From Actinomycetota bacterium (GTDB taxonomy: Bacteria > Actinomycetota > Actinomycetes > Nanopelagicales > Nanopelagicaceae): a stretch of 64,000 bases of DNA. Where the stretch lies: assembly GCA_009699575.1 (NCBI GenBank), contig WLNY01000001.1, forward strand, positions 2,211 to 66,210, read 5' to 3'. Made by a program: the position numbers and the translations under genes. Of this stretch, positions 39,404-48,621 are shown in pieces. Position 1 is the stretch's first letter. The number at the start of each line of letters is the position of its first letter. The notes beneath the pieces are model-generated. The model searched no databases and had not been told where the DNA came from. It was given only the letters and a program-made list of their open reading frames with translations.

Positions 39404-40081
39404 GTGAGTGCATTTCAACGTTACATACTTTCCAGAATCCAGAAAGAATTACCGCCCCTTGGAACTAAGCAGAAAGCACAAGGCGCACAGGCATACATGA
39501 AAGATATTGCACCATTTCTTGGAGTGATGACTCCCGATCGAAGGGCTCTATCACGAATTATATTCAAGGGCGCCCCCATCCCAACGTCAGATCAACTTGG
39601 AAAAACAGCACGAGCACTTTGGCGACTTCCCCATCGTGAATACCAATATGTAGCGAATGACATGATTGCTTTTTTTATTGACTACGCTGATAAGAATTTT
39701 CTGAAAGATCACGTGCAGTTTCTAATCACTCACAAATCTTGGTGGGACACAGTCGATGGACTTGGATCCGCTGCGATTTCGCCTTTAACTCGAAGATTTA
39801 GAGCTCGCGGCCTCATGGAAAGCTGGAACCGGAATGAGAATATGTGGCTGATCCGCGCAGCGATCCAACATCAACGCGGTCGAGGTGACGAAATGGATGT
39901 AAAGCTACTTCTGAAGTTTTGCGATGCACATTCAAATGATTCACGATTCTTCATCGCTAAAGCCATTGGCTGGGCACTTCGTGATGTGGCTAAATTTAAT
40001 CGCCCCGCGGTGACAACGTTTCTTCGCTTGCACCCACATCTAAGCGCAGTCGCGGTTCGTGAAGCTATTAGGCATGCCTAG
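39404..40081 (+). CDS. DNA alkylation repair protein (AlkD-like HEAT-repeat)
   Basis: AYMK..PFLGV, REYQY, KSWWDTVD and FFIAKAIGWALR motifs; start GTG 39404 (TACTTT 6 nt upstream, after the terminator). Confidence 0.88.
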   Translation: MSAFQRYILSRIQKELPPLGTKQKAQGAQAYMKDIAPFLGVMTPDRRALSRIIFKGAPIPTSDQLGKTARALWRLPHREYQYVANDMIAFFIDYADKNFLKDHVQFLITHKSWWDTVDGLGSAAISPLTRRFRARGLMESWNRNENMWLIRAAIQHQRGRGDEMDVKLLLKFCDAHSNDSRFFIAKAIGWALRDVAKFNRPAVTTFLRLHPHLSAVAVREAIRHA

Positions 40082-40107
40082 GGATTACTACGCACTATGA
40101 TTAGTTG

Positions 40108-41091
40108 ATGGCCCAATTGAATCGAGCATTTTTTCGGTTTTTTAGAACCGAAAGCGCAGGGGGTATTTTTCTCCTCGCCTTCGCGTTCCTGGCCCTGATT
40201 CTTGCAAACTCACCAATTCGCCAAGGATATTTTGATTTCTTTGATCCCCTACACACCTTTATTAATGAAGGCTTGATGAGTATCTTCTTTTTTCTCGTTG
40301 GGCTCGAAATAAAACGTGAATTCGTGAGCAAGGAGGAGCGATCCTATAGATCTATCTCCTTGCCCATCATTGCAGCTCTTGGAGGTATGGCAATACCCGC
40401 GCTGATTTTCATTGTTTTAAACAATGGCTCAAAAGCGTGGGCGGTCGCTATGCCAACAGATATCGCGTTAGCTCTTGGAGCACTTGCCTTGCTTGGTTCG
40501 CGTATTGAGCCAAGTATCAAAATCTTCTTGCTCACTCTTGCGATAGCCGATGATTTATTTTCTATTATTGTGATGGCACTTTTTTATTCATCAGGAATTA
40601 ATCCATTAAAGCTTCTCGCAACTATCGGAGCCGTTGTTCTGGCTATTGCTATTCCAGTGAAACCTGATCGACTGATAGATATCCTTCATCCCTATAGTGC
40701 ATTCTTTATCATTCCGGTCTTCGCACTTGCTAACATTGGACTCACTATTGATTTTTCGAACATTTCAAACGCCATCACCTACTCACTTATTGTTGCTCGA
40801 GTGGTAGGAAAAATTATCGGCATAACTCTCTTTAGTTTCTTAGCCATTTCTTTTGGACTTTCCCATAAGCCAGCTTCGCTCACCTATGTCGAGATTGCAG
40901 GAGCTGGCGCACTCGCAGGGATGGGCCTTACTGTTTCACTCTTTATCGCAGACCTAGCAGGTCTGGCACCAAATCAAATGTCGGATGTAAAACTTGGTCT
41001 CATTCTTGCTGCCATAGTATCTGGATTAGTTGGGTTATTCATCCTGCGTCGCTGCGCTGCCAATCCGTTTGCTGTTCACGACGAAAATTAA
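40108..41091 (+). CDS. nhaA: Na+/H+ antiporter NhaA (short form)
   Basis: LANSP, INEGLMSIFFFLVGLEIKRE, GGMAIPA, TDIA, LAIADDL, GKIIGI and GLTVSLFI motifs. Confidence 0.88.
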   Translation: MAQLNRAFFRFFRTESAGGIFLLAFAFLALILANSPIRQGYFDFFDPLHTFINEGLMSIFFFLVGLEIKREFVSKEERSYRSISLPIIAALGGMAIPALIFIVLNNGSKAWAVAMPTDIALALGALALLGSRIEPSIKIFLLTLAIADDLFSIIVMALFYSSGINPLKLLATIGAVVLAIAIPVKPDRLIDILHPYSAFFIIPVFALANIGLTIDFSNISNAITYSLIVARVVGKIIGITLFSFLAISFGLSHKPASLTYVEIAGAGALAGMGLTVSLFIADLAGLAPNQMSDVKLGLILAAIVSGLVGLFILRRCAANPFAVHDEN

Positions 41092-42288
41092 ATGAAGCCC
41101 GATTCCAATAATTATTCCCCAGATAAGGTCTATAAATAAAGTGGCTGCAGCTGTTGTAATCAATACCGAGGCATCTTTTTTGGTCGTTTGGAGAGACTCT
41201 CTTATTGAGGCTGGGTTTAATATTCGATAGCTTGTTCCAAGCAACACTCCTGCAATCGCAGCGGTAGGTATCTGAGAAACCAATGCCCCAGCGAATAAAG
41301 CGATAACAAGTAAAAATAGCGAGTGGAAAATAGCCGCATACTTACTGTGAGCACCTGATCGCACATTCACACTCGATCGTGCGATTGCGCCAGTGGCGGG
41401 TAGGCCTCCAAAGAGGGACGCGAAGATAGTTCCGAGGCCCTGACCAAATAATTCACGGTTGGGTTGGTACCTATCTTCCTTGGCAACGTGGGCCATTCCA
41501 TCAGCAACTCGCGCGGATAATAATGATTCAATCGCGCAGAGAGCCGCAATCATTAGAGCTGGGATAAAAAGCTCAGAGAAATGGTCAAAGGATAAAGCTG
41601 CTCCATCCCACGTACCGATACTTCGAGGAATATCTCCAATGGCGGCAATATCGAAATTCAAAATTTTTACAAGTAAAAGACTAACGAGAATTGCGATAAT
41701 GCTTGCCGGAATATGAAATGTAATTTTGAGTTTTTTCCAAAGAATCGGAAAAGTAAATTTTACGAACAGTGTGACAAAAACAATAAAAATGCTCTGAGGG
41801 CTGAGTCCTGCATGCAAGGCATCGCGAATTGTTGACAAGGCGACAGGAATCGAGCGATCTCCGGCTCCTTTCTTTATTCCGAAAACAAGTGGTAATTGCT
41901 GGAGGGCAATGACCAGTGCAATTCCGACTGTGAATCCTTCAACAACTGGCCACGGCACTCGATTGATTATGTGCCCCGCGCGAAGTAACGATAAAACAAT
42001 GACGATTACACCAGCCATGAGGCCAACCATCGGAACGATATGAATGCCAAATTTTGCAATGATTGGAATGAGAACGACTGTCATCGCGCCAGTGGGGCCG
42101 CTGACTTGAAAACGTGATCCACCAAAAAATGCTGCAATAAATCCTGCGATGATTGCTGTGGTTAGTCCTGCCGATGGCGAAGCGCCTGATGTAATTCCAA
42201 ACCCGAGGGCGAGCGGCAAGGCGACAATGGCCACACTGAGCCCAGCAACTGCATCCATCGTTAGGGATTTTCTTGGATTTACCGGCAT
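41035..42288 (-). CDS. SulP/SLC26 family anion permease lacking the STAS domain
   Basis: VALPLALGFG, GGSRFQVSGPTGAM, ESLLSA, NRELFGQG and ATGAIARS; the ORF ends right after the last TM helix. Confidence 0.88.
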   Translation of the reverse strand: MPVNPRKSLTMDAVAGLSVAIVALPLALGFGITSGASPSAGLTTAIIAGFIAAFFGGSRFQVSGPTGAMTVVLIPIIAKFGIHIVPMVGLMAGVIVIVLSLLRAGHIINRVPWPVVEGFTVGIALVIALQQLPLVFGIKKGAGDRSIPVALSTIRDALHAGLSPQSIFIVFVTLFVKFTFPILWKKLKITFHIPASIIAILVSLLLVKILNFDIAAIGDIPRSIGTWDGAALSFDHFSELFIPALMIAALCAIESLLSARVADGMAHVAKEDRYQPNRELFGQGLGTIFASLFGGLPATGAIARSSVNVRSGAHSKYAAIFHSLFLLVIALFAGALVSQIPTAAIAGVLLGTSYRILNPASIRESLQTTKKDASVLITTAAATLFIDLIWGIIIGIGLHLIFVVNSKRIGSAATQDE

Positions 42289-42371
42289 TCCAAGAGCCTA
42301 CCTTCTCGGTATTTGGTATTAACCTGTATGGAGATTTCACTTATGTGATGCTCGTTGCTAATCTTCGCCGT

Positions 42372-42488
42372 AGGTCATGAGTTTTAGCACAAAGCCCCGG
42401 CTAGCTAAACAACAACCCTCCATGGCGGCGGGGTGTTCCGGGTGAAGACCAGGTCATAGGAAAGTCCATGACAAGCGCAGAAAGGCTC
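42372..42488 (+). promoter_or_regulatory. SAM-IV riboswitch
   Basis: GGTCATGAG-TTTTAGC-ACAAAGCCCCGGCTA-GCTAAAC-AACAACCCTCC..GCGGCGGGGTGTT-CCGGGTGAAGACCAGG...CAAGCGC follows the SAM-IV consensus with compensatory changes in P2 and P3; TAATCT -10 at 42359-42364. Confidence 0.88.
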
Positions 42489-42491
42489 GAT

Positions 42492-43355
42492 ATGTCACGC
42501 TCTAAAAATACGATTATTCTCTCAACACTTTTTGCAGGAGTGCTAGCACTCAGCGCGTGCTCATCCTCAAGTGAGACGACGGATTCTGCAGCGGCGCCTA
42601 CAGAATGTGTTGCGGCTTCACTCGCAACACTAGAACCGGGAGTTCTCACAATTGCGACTGGTGAGCCTGCCTATTCTCCTTGGGTACTCAATGACAAGCC
42701 TGAATCAGGTGAAGGTTTTGAAGCTGCAGTGGCCTATGCCGTTGCAAAGGAACTTGGCTATGACAATGCAGCGGTGAAATGGGTTCGCACTACATTTGAC
42801 AGCGCGATAGCACCTGGTCCAAAGAAATTCGATTTCAATATTCAGCAGTATTCAATTACCGCAGACCGATCAAAGGTCGTTGATTTCTCAAGCGCCTACT
42901 ACAAGTCCAATCAATCAATTGTCGCTCCATCAACGAGCAAGATTGCTGGCGTCAAATCAATCGCAGAACTCAAAGCAGCGAATCCAAAACTTGGAGCAGC
43001 TGTTGGCTCAACCTCACTTGATGCAATTGAAGTCCAACTCGGTCTCAAAGCCCAAGTATTTAACGATAATGCTGCAGCCGTTTCGGCTCTAAAAAATGGA
43101 CAAATAGATGGACTCGTCGTTGATCTTCCAACTGCTTTCTACCTTTCGGCTGTAGAGGTTCCCAAGGGAATAATTGTTGGACAACTTGAAAATAGTGATG
43201 TCAATGACAATGGAGCTGGACTTCTTCTAGCTAAAGATAGCCCGATTACATCCTGCGTTACCAAGGCAGTCGACGCGCTCCGTGATAACGGAACACTTGC
43301 TGCCATCACTGATAAATGGCTGACAACAGCTGCCGGCGCACCAGTACTCAAGTAA
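42492..43355 (+). CDS. Polar amino-acid ABC transporter substrate-binding lipoprotein
   Basis: Lipobox LSAC, GVLTIATGEPAYSPW, QYSITADR, VDFS and DGLVVDLPTA; start ATG 42492. Confidence 0.9.
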   Translation: MSRSKNTIILSTLFAGVLALSACSSSSETTDSAAAPTECVAASLATLEPGVLTIATGEPAYSPWVLNDKPESGEGFEAAVAYAVAKELGYDNAAVKWVRTTFDSAIAPGPKKFDFNIQQYSITADRSKVVDFSSAYYKSNQSIVAPSTSKIAGVKSIAELKAANPKLGAAVGSTSLDAIEVQLGLKAQVFNDNAAAVSALKNGQIDGLVVDLPTAFYLSAVEVPKGIIVGQLENSDVNDNGAGLLLAKDSPITSCVTKAVDALRDNGTLAAITDKWLTTAAGAPVLK

Positions 43356-43386
43356 CCAGCACTCAAAGAATCTGATGAACCAAGAA

Positions 43387-43434
43387 GTGGGGCGCGGATC
43401 TGGCGAAGAGCCAGTTTCCGCGCCTTACTCTTTT
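43387..43434 (+). terminator. Intra-operon stem-loop after the substrate-binding gene
   Basis: GTGGGGCGCGGA-TCTGGC-gaaga-GCCAG-TT-TCCGCGCCTTAC followed by TCTTTT. Confidence 0.65.
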
Positions 43435-43440
43435 GGTGGC

Positions 43441-44286
43441 GTGTGGACGCCTAGCGAAATAGAAATCTCGCGAAGAGTGGCACGAAGGAAAAGGTCTCAA
43501 AAGAACGCACTCGTTGCACTCCTTTCTACACTTCTCGTTTTGGGAACTCTCGCAGTGATTCTTTTTACCTCTCCTGGATGGAAGAGTCTTTCAGAAACTT
43601 TCTTCGCATGGGCTTATGGAGTTGAAGTTCTTCCTAAGATTATTTTGGGTTTTGGCGCGAACATATTTCTAACCGTAATAGCTGCCTCCTCTGTAGCTAT
43701 ATTCGGATTATTAATTGCACTGGTTCGAACATCGCGTTCACCAGCGATTACACCTTTTCGCTTACTAGCCACAATTTATGTAGATGTATTTCGCGGGATT
43801 CCCATGCTTCTCATAATTCTTCTTGTGGGTTTTGGAGTACCCGCTCTTCGCCTCAAAGGTGTCACTAACAACGTTTTTATTCTTGGAATAATTGCTGTGA
43901 TAATCACATATTCGGCCTATGTAGCAGAGGTTATTAGGAGTGGAATTCTCACCGTTCACCCAAGTCAAAGAGCGGCTGCTCGTTCTCTTGGCCTCTCAAA
44001 TTTCCAGACACTTCGCTTTGTTGTATTGCCACAGGCTTTACGTCGAGTGACTCCCCCACTACTCAATGATTTGGTATCGCTAATCAAGGACACAGGGCTA
44101 GTTTCGATACTAGGTGTCACTGATGCAATTCGCGCTGCACAAATTGCAAGTAGCAGAAGTTTTAATTACACCCCTTATGTAATGGCTGCCATTCTTTTCC
44201 TCTTGATTACGATTCCACTGACCCGTTACACAGACCGCACTCTTCGAAAATCAATTGAACGACAAAATGCGCAGGGAATGGCATGA
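43441..44286 (+). CDS. Amino-acid ABC transporter permease
   Basis: DVFRGIP, YSAYVAEVIRSGI, QRAAARSLG and LIKDTGL motifs; start likely GTG 43441 after the hairpin (ORF track 43375). Confidence 0.92.
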   Translation: MWTPSEIEISRRVARRKRSQKNALVALLSTLLVLGTLAVILFTSPGWKSLSETFFAWAYGVEVLPKIILGFGANIFLTVIAASSVAIFGLLIALVRTSRSPAITPFRLLATIYVDVFRGIPMLLIILLVGFGVPALRLKGVTNNVFILGIIAVIITYSAYVAEVIRSGILTVHPSQRAAARSLGLSNFQTLRFVVLPQALRRVTPPLLNDLVSLIKDTGLVSILGVTDAIRAAQIASSRSFNYTPYVMAAILFLLITIPLTRYTDRTLRKSIERQNAQGMA

Positions 44287-45032
44287 GTATTCCAGTCTTG
44301 TCCATCGAGAAAGTGCGCAAAGCATTTGGCAACGAGGTAGTCCTCGAAGATATTTCGATATCCGTACCGGAGCACACCGCAACTGTTTTTATCGGTGCAT
44401 CGGGCTCTGGAAAATCGACATTACTACGTTGCATAAACCTTCTCGAACAAATTGACGATGGCATTATTCGCATCGATGGTACCGAAATAACCGCGGTGGA
44501 TACGGATCCAGATTTCGTTCGCCGCAAACTAGGAATGGTTTTCCAATCATTTAACCTTTTTCCACATCTGACCGTTACACAAAATATTATTCTTGCTCCG
44601 ATTCGAGTGCACAGGCAGAGTACTGAAGAGGCCACCGAACACGCACGAGCACTGCTTGAACGCTTTGGACTTCTAGATAAGGCGGATCAATACCCCGATC
44701 GCTTAAGTGGCGGTCAACAACAACGGGTGGCAATCATTCGTTCTTTGGCAATTGCCCCACGCTTGCTTCTCCTTGATGAGGTTACTTCCGCTCTCGACCC
44801 CGTATTGGTCAATGAAGTTCTGAGTACGGTAAGAGAACTCAAAATTGCAGGGATGACGATGGTGCTTGCGACACATGAAATGGGATTTGCTAAGCAAGTT
44901 GCAGATGAAGTGTGTTTTCTAGATCGCGGACGTATTGTTGAATGGGGAACGCCTGAACAGATTCTTGAGTCCCCCAAGGATCCACGGACAAAAGATTTTC
45001 TTAAACGTGTTCATGAAGCTGGACGTCTGTGA
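44283..45032 (+). CDS. Amino-acid ABC transporter ATP-binding protein (GlnQ-like)
   Basis: GASGSGKS, FQSFNLFPH, LSGGQQQR, DEVTSALDP and THEMGFA motifs. Confidence 0.95.
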   Translation: MSIPVLSIEKVRKAFGNEVVLEDISISVPEHTATVFIGASGSGKSTLLRCINLLEQIDDGIIRIDGTEITAVDTDPDFVRRKLGMVFQSFNLFPHLTVTQNIILAPIRVHRQSTEEATEHARALLERFGLLDKADQYPDRLSGGQQQRVAIIRSLAIAPRLLLLDEVTSALDPVLVNEVLSTVRELKIAGMTMVLATHEMGFAKQVADEVCFLDRGRIVEWGTPEQILESPKDPRTKDFLKRVHEAGRL

Positions 45033-45811
45033 TTTCCAGTTACCAAGTAATGCAAGGCGATCCTCTTTCTTGCGTTATTTTGCATGTGCCACACAGTTCT
45101 CGCATCATTCCAGGAGAAGTTCGCGCCAATATTGTTATTGACGATGCTGAAATAGAATCTGAACTCAACGAGATGACGGACACTAAAACTGATCAATTAG
45201 CCTTTATTGCTCAGCGACAATCCACGCTAAAACCTTGGATTTTTATGAATACTCTCTCACGTTTAGTGATAGATCCTGAGAGATTCCCTGACGAGCGTGA
45301 AGTTATGAACTCTGTCGGAATGGGTGCCGTCTACACACGAACATCTAGAGGAAATCTGTTACGTCAAGAACCTTTCACTGGAACGAACATACTCATAGAC
45401 ACCTACTTCACTCCATATTCCGATGCTTTTACCGAGCTCGTTACTTCAAGACTTGATGCTCTCGGGCGAGTGACAATAATTGATGTGCATTCGTATAGAA
45501 CCCTGCAGCACCCTAATTCGATCAATCATGACCAAGAACGTCCGGAAATTTGCATCGGAACTGATTCATTTCACACACCGGAGAATCTTATTCAGAGCGC
45601 TCAAGAAGCATGTACTGCTGTTGGCCGAACAGAACTCAACCAACCATATGCGGGAACTTACATACCTCTTAAATTTTATGGAGTTGACCCTAGGGTCCAA
45701 TCAATCATGATGGAAATACGAGCAGATACATTTGTTGACGAAAATTTGGAACTTTCCGACTCCCATACGCATGTAGCGCACGCTCTCGTATCACTTGTAA
45801 ATCTCGTTTAA
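45029..45811 (+). CDS. N-formylglutamate amidohydrolase family protein
   Basis: HVPHSS, SRLVIDPERF, IIDVHSY, RPEICIGTD, NQPYAG and MMEIR motifs; GTGA overlap with the ATPase stop. Confidence 0.85.
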   Translation: MISSYQVMQGDPLSCVILHVPHSSRIIPGEVRANIVIDDAEIESELNEMTDTKTDQLAFIAQRQSTLKPWIFMNTLSRLVIDPERFPDEREVMNSVGMGAVYTRTSRGNLLRQEPFTGTNILIDTYFTPYSDAFTELVTSRLDALGRVTIIDVHSYRTLQHPNSINHDQERPEICIGTDSFHTPENLIQSAQEACTAVGRTELNQPYAGTYIPLKFYGVDPRVQSIMMEIRADTFVDENLELSDSHTHVAHALVSLVNLV

Positions 45812-46650
45812 TCGAGAAAGAAGTCCAAGAGAAAGTCCGTCGTGCCTGGCACAACAGAATATTTCTCAAGATCTGTGACTCCAACACTTGCGAGAACTTC
45901 GTCATCTACGAAGAAATTCCCTGTGCAATCCACACTAGATCGAGTAAGAATGACGTGGGCAGCATCGGCCAAAATTTCTGGTTTTCTGCAGGCGGCGGTA
46001 TCCACGCCAGGAATCATTGCAAGGGCTGCAGTATCGATAGCAGTGCGAGGCCATAGTGCGTTTACTGCGATTGCCTCTTTCTTAAACTCTTCTGCCATGC
46101 CAAGAACGCACATACTCATCCCATATTTAGCCATTGTGTAAGCCACATGATTTTTAAACCATTTCGCTTTCATAGACAGTGGGGGTGACAAAGTCAAGAT
46201 ATGTGGATTGCGTCCTGCTTGAGCAGACATCCGAAGGTGTGGAATTGCTGCTTGGGAGGTTAAGAAGGTCCCTCGGACATTGACTCCAAACATGAGATCA
46301 AAGCGCTTCGCAGGGGTGCTCTCAGTTCTTGTTAAATTGATTGCACTTGCATTGTTAATCAAAATATCTATGCCACCAAACTCTTTGACGGTTTGAGCGA
46401 TTGCTGCCTCAATCTGATTTTCATCCCGAATGTCGCACTGAATGGCTAGCGCCGTACCGCCTGCATCGCGGATCTCTTGAGCCGCTGAAAAAATGGTCCC
46501 GGGAAGTTTCGGATTGGTTTCAGCCGTCTTTGCAGCAATTGCGATGGATGCACCATCGCGAGCCGCGCGAAGTGCTATTGCTAGACCGATTCCTCGAGAA
46601 CCTCCTGTTATAAATATTTTCTTACCCGCAAGACTTTCTGACTCTGTCAT
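45808..46650 (-). CDS. Short-chain dehydrogenase/reductase (HSDL2-like)
   Basis: TGGSRGIG, AKTAETNPKLPGT, NNASAI and YTMAK motifs. Confidence 0.92.
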   Translation of the reverse strand: MTESESLAGKKIFITGGSRGIGLAIALRAARDGASIAIAAKTAETNPKLPGTIFSAAQEIRDAGGTALAIQCDIRDENQIEAAIAQTVKEFGGIDILINNASAINLTRTESTPAKRFDLMFGVNVRGTFLTSQAAIPHLRMSAQAGRNPHILTLSPPLSMKAKWFKNHVAYTMAKYGMSMCVLGMAEEFKKEAIAVNALWPRTAIDTAALAMIPGVDTAACRKPEILADAAHVILTRSSVDCTGNFFVDDEVLASVGVTDLEKYSVVPGTTDFLLDFFLD

Positions 46651-47393
46651 GACGAACCTTTCTTTGACATAAATTTCATGAATGCTTCCATGGCCTCTTC
46701 TGATTGAAGTGCCATGGCAAAAAGTTGGAATTCTGCTTGCATGACAGCGGCCACCGCATCATGCGAACCACTCTTGAGTAGCGCCTTTGTATTTATGATT
46801 GCCTGAGGAGGCTGAGCGGCAATTCGTTGCGCAATTTTATGCGCTTCTAAAAACGGTTCCTCGGAGATTTGTGCGATCAAACCCATCTCAAGCGCGCTTA
46901 CAGCATCAAAGCTCTCACCTGTCATGAAAATTCGCGCCGCTCTTTGGTACCCGACCAGTCTAGGAAATAAATAACTAGAACCTGCCTCTGGAACAAGCCC
47001 CAAGGTGGTAAATGGCATCGAAAAATTGGCCGATGGATTTGCAACCACAACATCACAATGAAGAAGCATCGTTGTTCCCACTCCAATTGCATTTCCTTGG
47101 ACCGATGCAATCAGTGGCTTAGGGAAATTGAGCAAGGAGCCTAGAAAGAGCGCGACACCAGAATCCGATTCTGTTGGTGGATGCGCCATAAAATCACCAA
47201 TGTCATTTCCTGCTGTGAAGTGATTTCCTTCGCCGGATAAAATGACGGCTCTTACCGAAAAATCACCAGCGGCATCATTGAGTCCCTTGGCCAGCGTGGC
47301 ATACATTTCGCGCGTGAGGGCATTCATTTTCTCTGGGCGATTAAAGGTGATTGTGAGGATATCTGCATCCTGTGTGATTAAAATTTCAGCCAT
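46647..47393 (-). CDS. Enoyl-CoA hydratase/isomerase family
   Basis: NRPEKMNAL, FTAGNDI, AIGVG and LGLVPEAGSS motifs. Confidence 0.92.
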   Translation of the reverse strand: MAEILITQDADILTITFNRPEKMNALTREMYATLAKGLNDAAGDFSVRAVILSGEGNHFTAGNDIGDFMAHPPTESDSGVALFLGSLLNFPKPLIASVQGNAIGVGTTMLLHCDVVVANPSANFSMPFTTLGLVPEAGSSYLFPRLVGYQRAARIFMTGESFDAVSALEMGLIAQISEEPFLEAHKIAQRIAAQPPQAIINTKALLKSGSHDAVAAVMQAEFQLFAMALQSEEAMEAFMKFMSKKGSS

Positions 47394-47470
47394 TTGAGCA
47401 TCCTAGGGGCTTCCCCCAGAGTTAAAAAGTAGGACAATGGTCTATATACACTGGAGAGGGTCCACAGACT

Positions 47471-47791
47471 ATGAGCGTTGATATCACCATTGCAATGAGG
47501 GATTTAACCCCATTTGAACAACTCGTCCTAGGTCTTTTATGCCAGGGCAAATCAAATGCTGCTATCGCTCATGAAACGGCTCACAGTGAGAAGGTCATCG
47601 AAAACACAGTCAGCCGATCGGCCAAGGCTTTTAGTATTAAATCCGATGCAGATACTAATACTCGCGTTTTGCTCGCGCTTGCATTTAGAACTCACTACGG
47701 GGACTTGGCATTTGACAAGCTTGGCGTTGAATGCGCCCATCACGAAGTCGGTCCTGATGGTCGCTCGATCTGCAACCGACACATTGAATAA
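47471..47791 (+). CDS. Small LuxR-type HTH regulator with C-terminal Cys/His tail
   Basis: LTPFEQLVLGLLCQGKSNAAIA...SEKVIENTVS LuxR HTH; tail CAHH...CNRH. Confidence 0.8.
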   Translation: MSVDITIAMRDLTPFEQLVLGLLCQGKSNAAIAHETAHSEKVIENTVSRSAKAFSIKSDADTNTRVLLALAFRTHYGDLAFDKLGVECAHHEVGPDGRSICNRHIE

Positions 47792-47945
47792 AAGCCATAA
47801 AATAATCCAGTCCTGCAACACATGTCACACTTCTTAGAGGGCTAGCACTCCACCTTTCTATTAGTTTACGAAACTTCTGGGTCTTTAATTATCTTGTCTA
47901 TAGAGACACAGGGTTACATTAAAAATTAATACAAGGGAGAGAAAA

Positions 47946-48527
47946 ATGAGACGTAAAACTTTTGACAAAATCGTAACATTCGTAGGGTTTGGTTTAGCGG
48001 TGTTCTTGCTTATCGCAGCAGGACTTCTCAACTGGGGCGCGACCTTTGCTCAAGGCACTGTGAAATCACAACTCGAAGCTCAACAAATTACAATTCCCGC
48101 TGACAATGGCGATCCGAAGGCTGATGCAGCAACTAAGAAGTTCTTCGCTGACAATGGCGATAAGTTGATGACAACTGGCAAGCAAGCACAGATGTATGCC
48201 GATCATTACATTGGTTTCCATTTATCTGCCATGCCAACGTACGCAGAAGCATCCGGAATCGCGCGTTCGGCTACTTCAGCTGCGGCAGCCGATCCTGCTA
48301 ACGCTGATGCGCAAGCAGCTGCTAGTAAAGCGAACGCAACAGTTGAAACAGTTTTTAAAGGTGAAACACTTCGAGGAATGTTACTTAATGCCTACGCGTT
48401 TGGAACACTGGGAGAAATCGCCGCAATAGCAGCACTTGTCTCACTCGTTGGCGGAATATTGCTACTTCTGCTCTCAATCGCAGGTTTGATGCATATTCGT
48501 CGCACCCCTGAGGATGCGACGATTTAA
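47946..48527 (+). CDS. Actinobacterial membrane protein of unknown function (N- and C-terminal TM helices)
   Basis: Strong SD AAGGGAGAG, own terminator; segments QLEAQQI, QAQMYADHYIGFHL and FKGETLRGMLLNAYAF. Confidence 0.8.
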   Translation: MRRKTFDKIVTFVGFGLAVFLLIAAGLLNWGATFAQGTVKSQLEAQQITIPADNGDPKADAATKKFFADNGDKLMTTGKQAQMYADHYIGFHLSAMPTYAEASGIARSATSAAAADPANADAQAAASKANATVETVFKGETLRGMLLNAYAFGTLGEIAAIAALVSLVGGILLLLLSIAGLMHIRRTPEDATI

Positions 48528-48546
48528 CCCTCAACTCTCCGTGAGG

Positions 48547-48594
48547 GAAGAAAAAGAATCCCCCCTGATTCGTCAGGGGGGATTCTTTTTCTTC
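48547..48594. terminator. Bidirectional intrinsic terminator
   Basis: Perfect 22-bp inverted repeat GAAGAAAAAGAATCCCCCCTGA-TTCG-TCAGGGGGGATTCTTTTTCTTC between convergent genes. Confidence 0.92.
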
Positions 48595-48621
48595 TAATTT
48601 TCTAGAACCATGAAAGAATTT

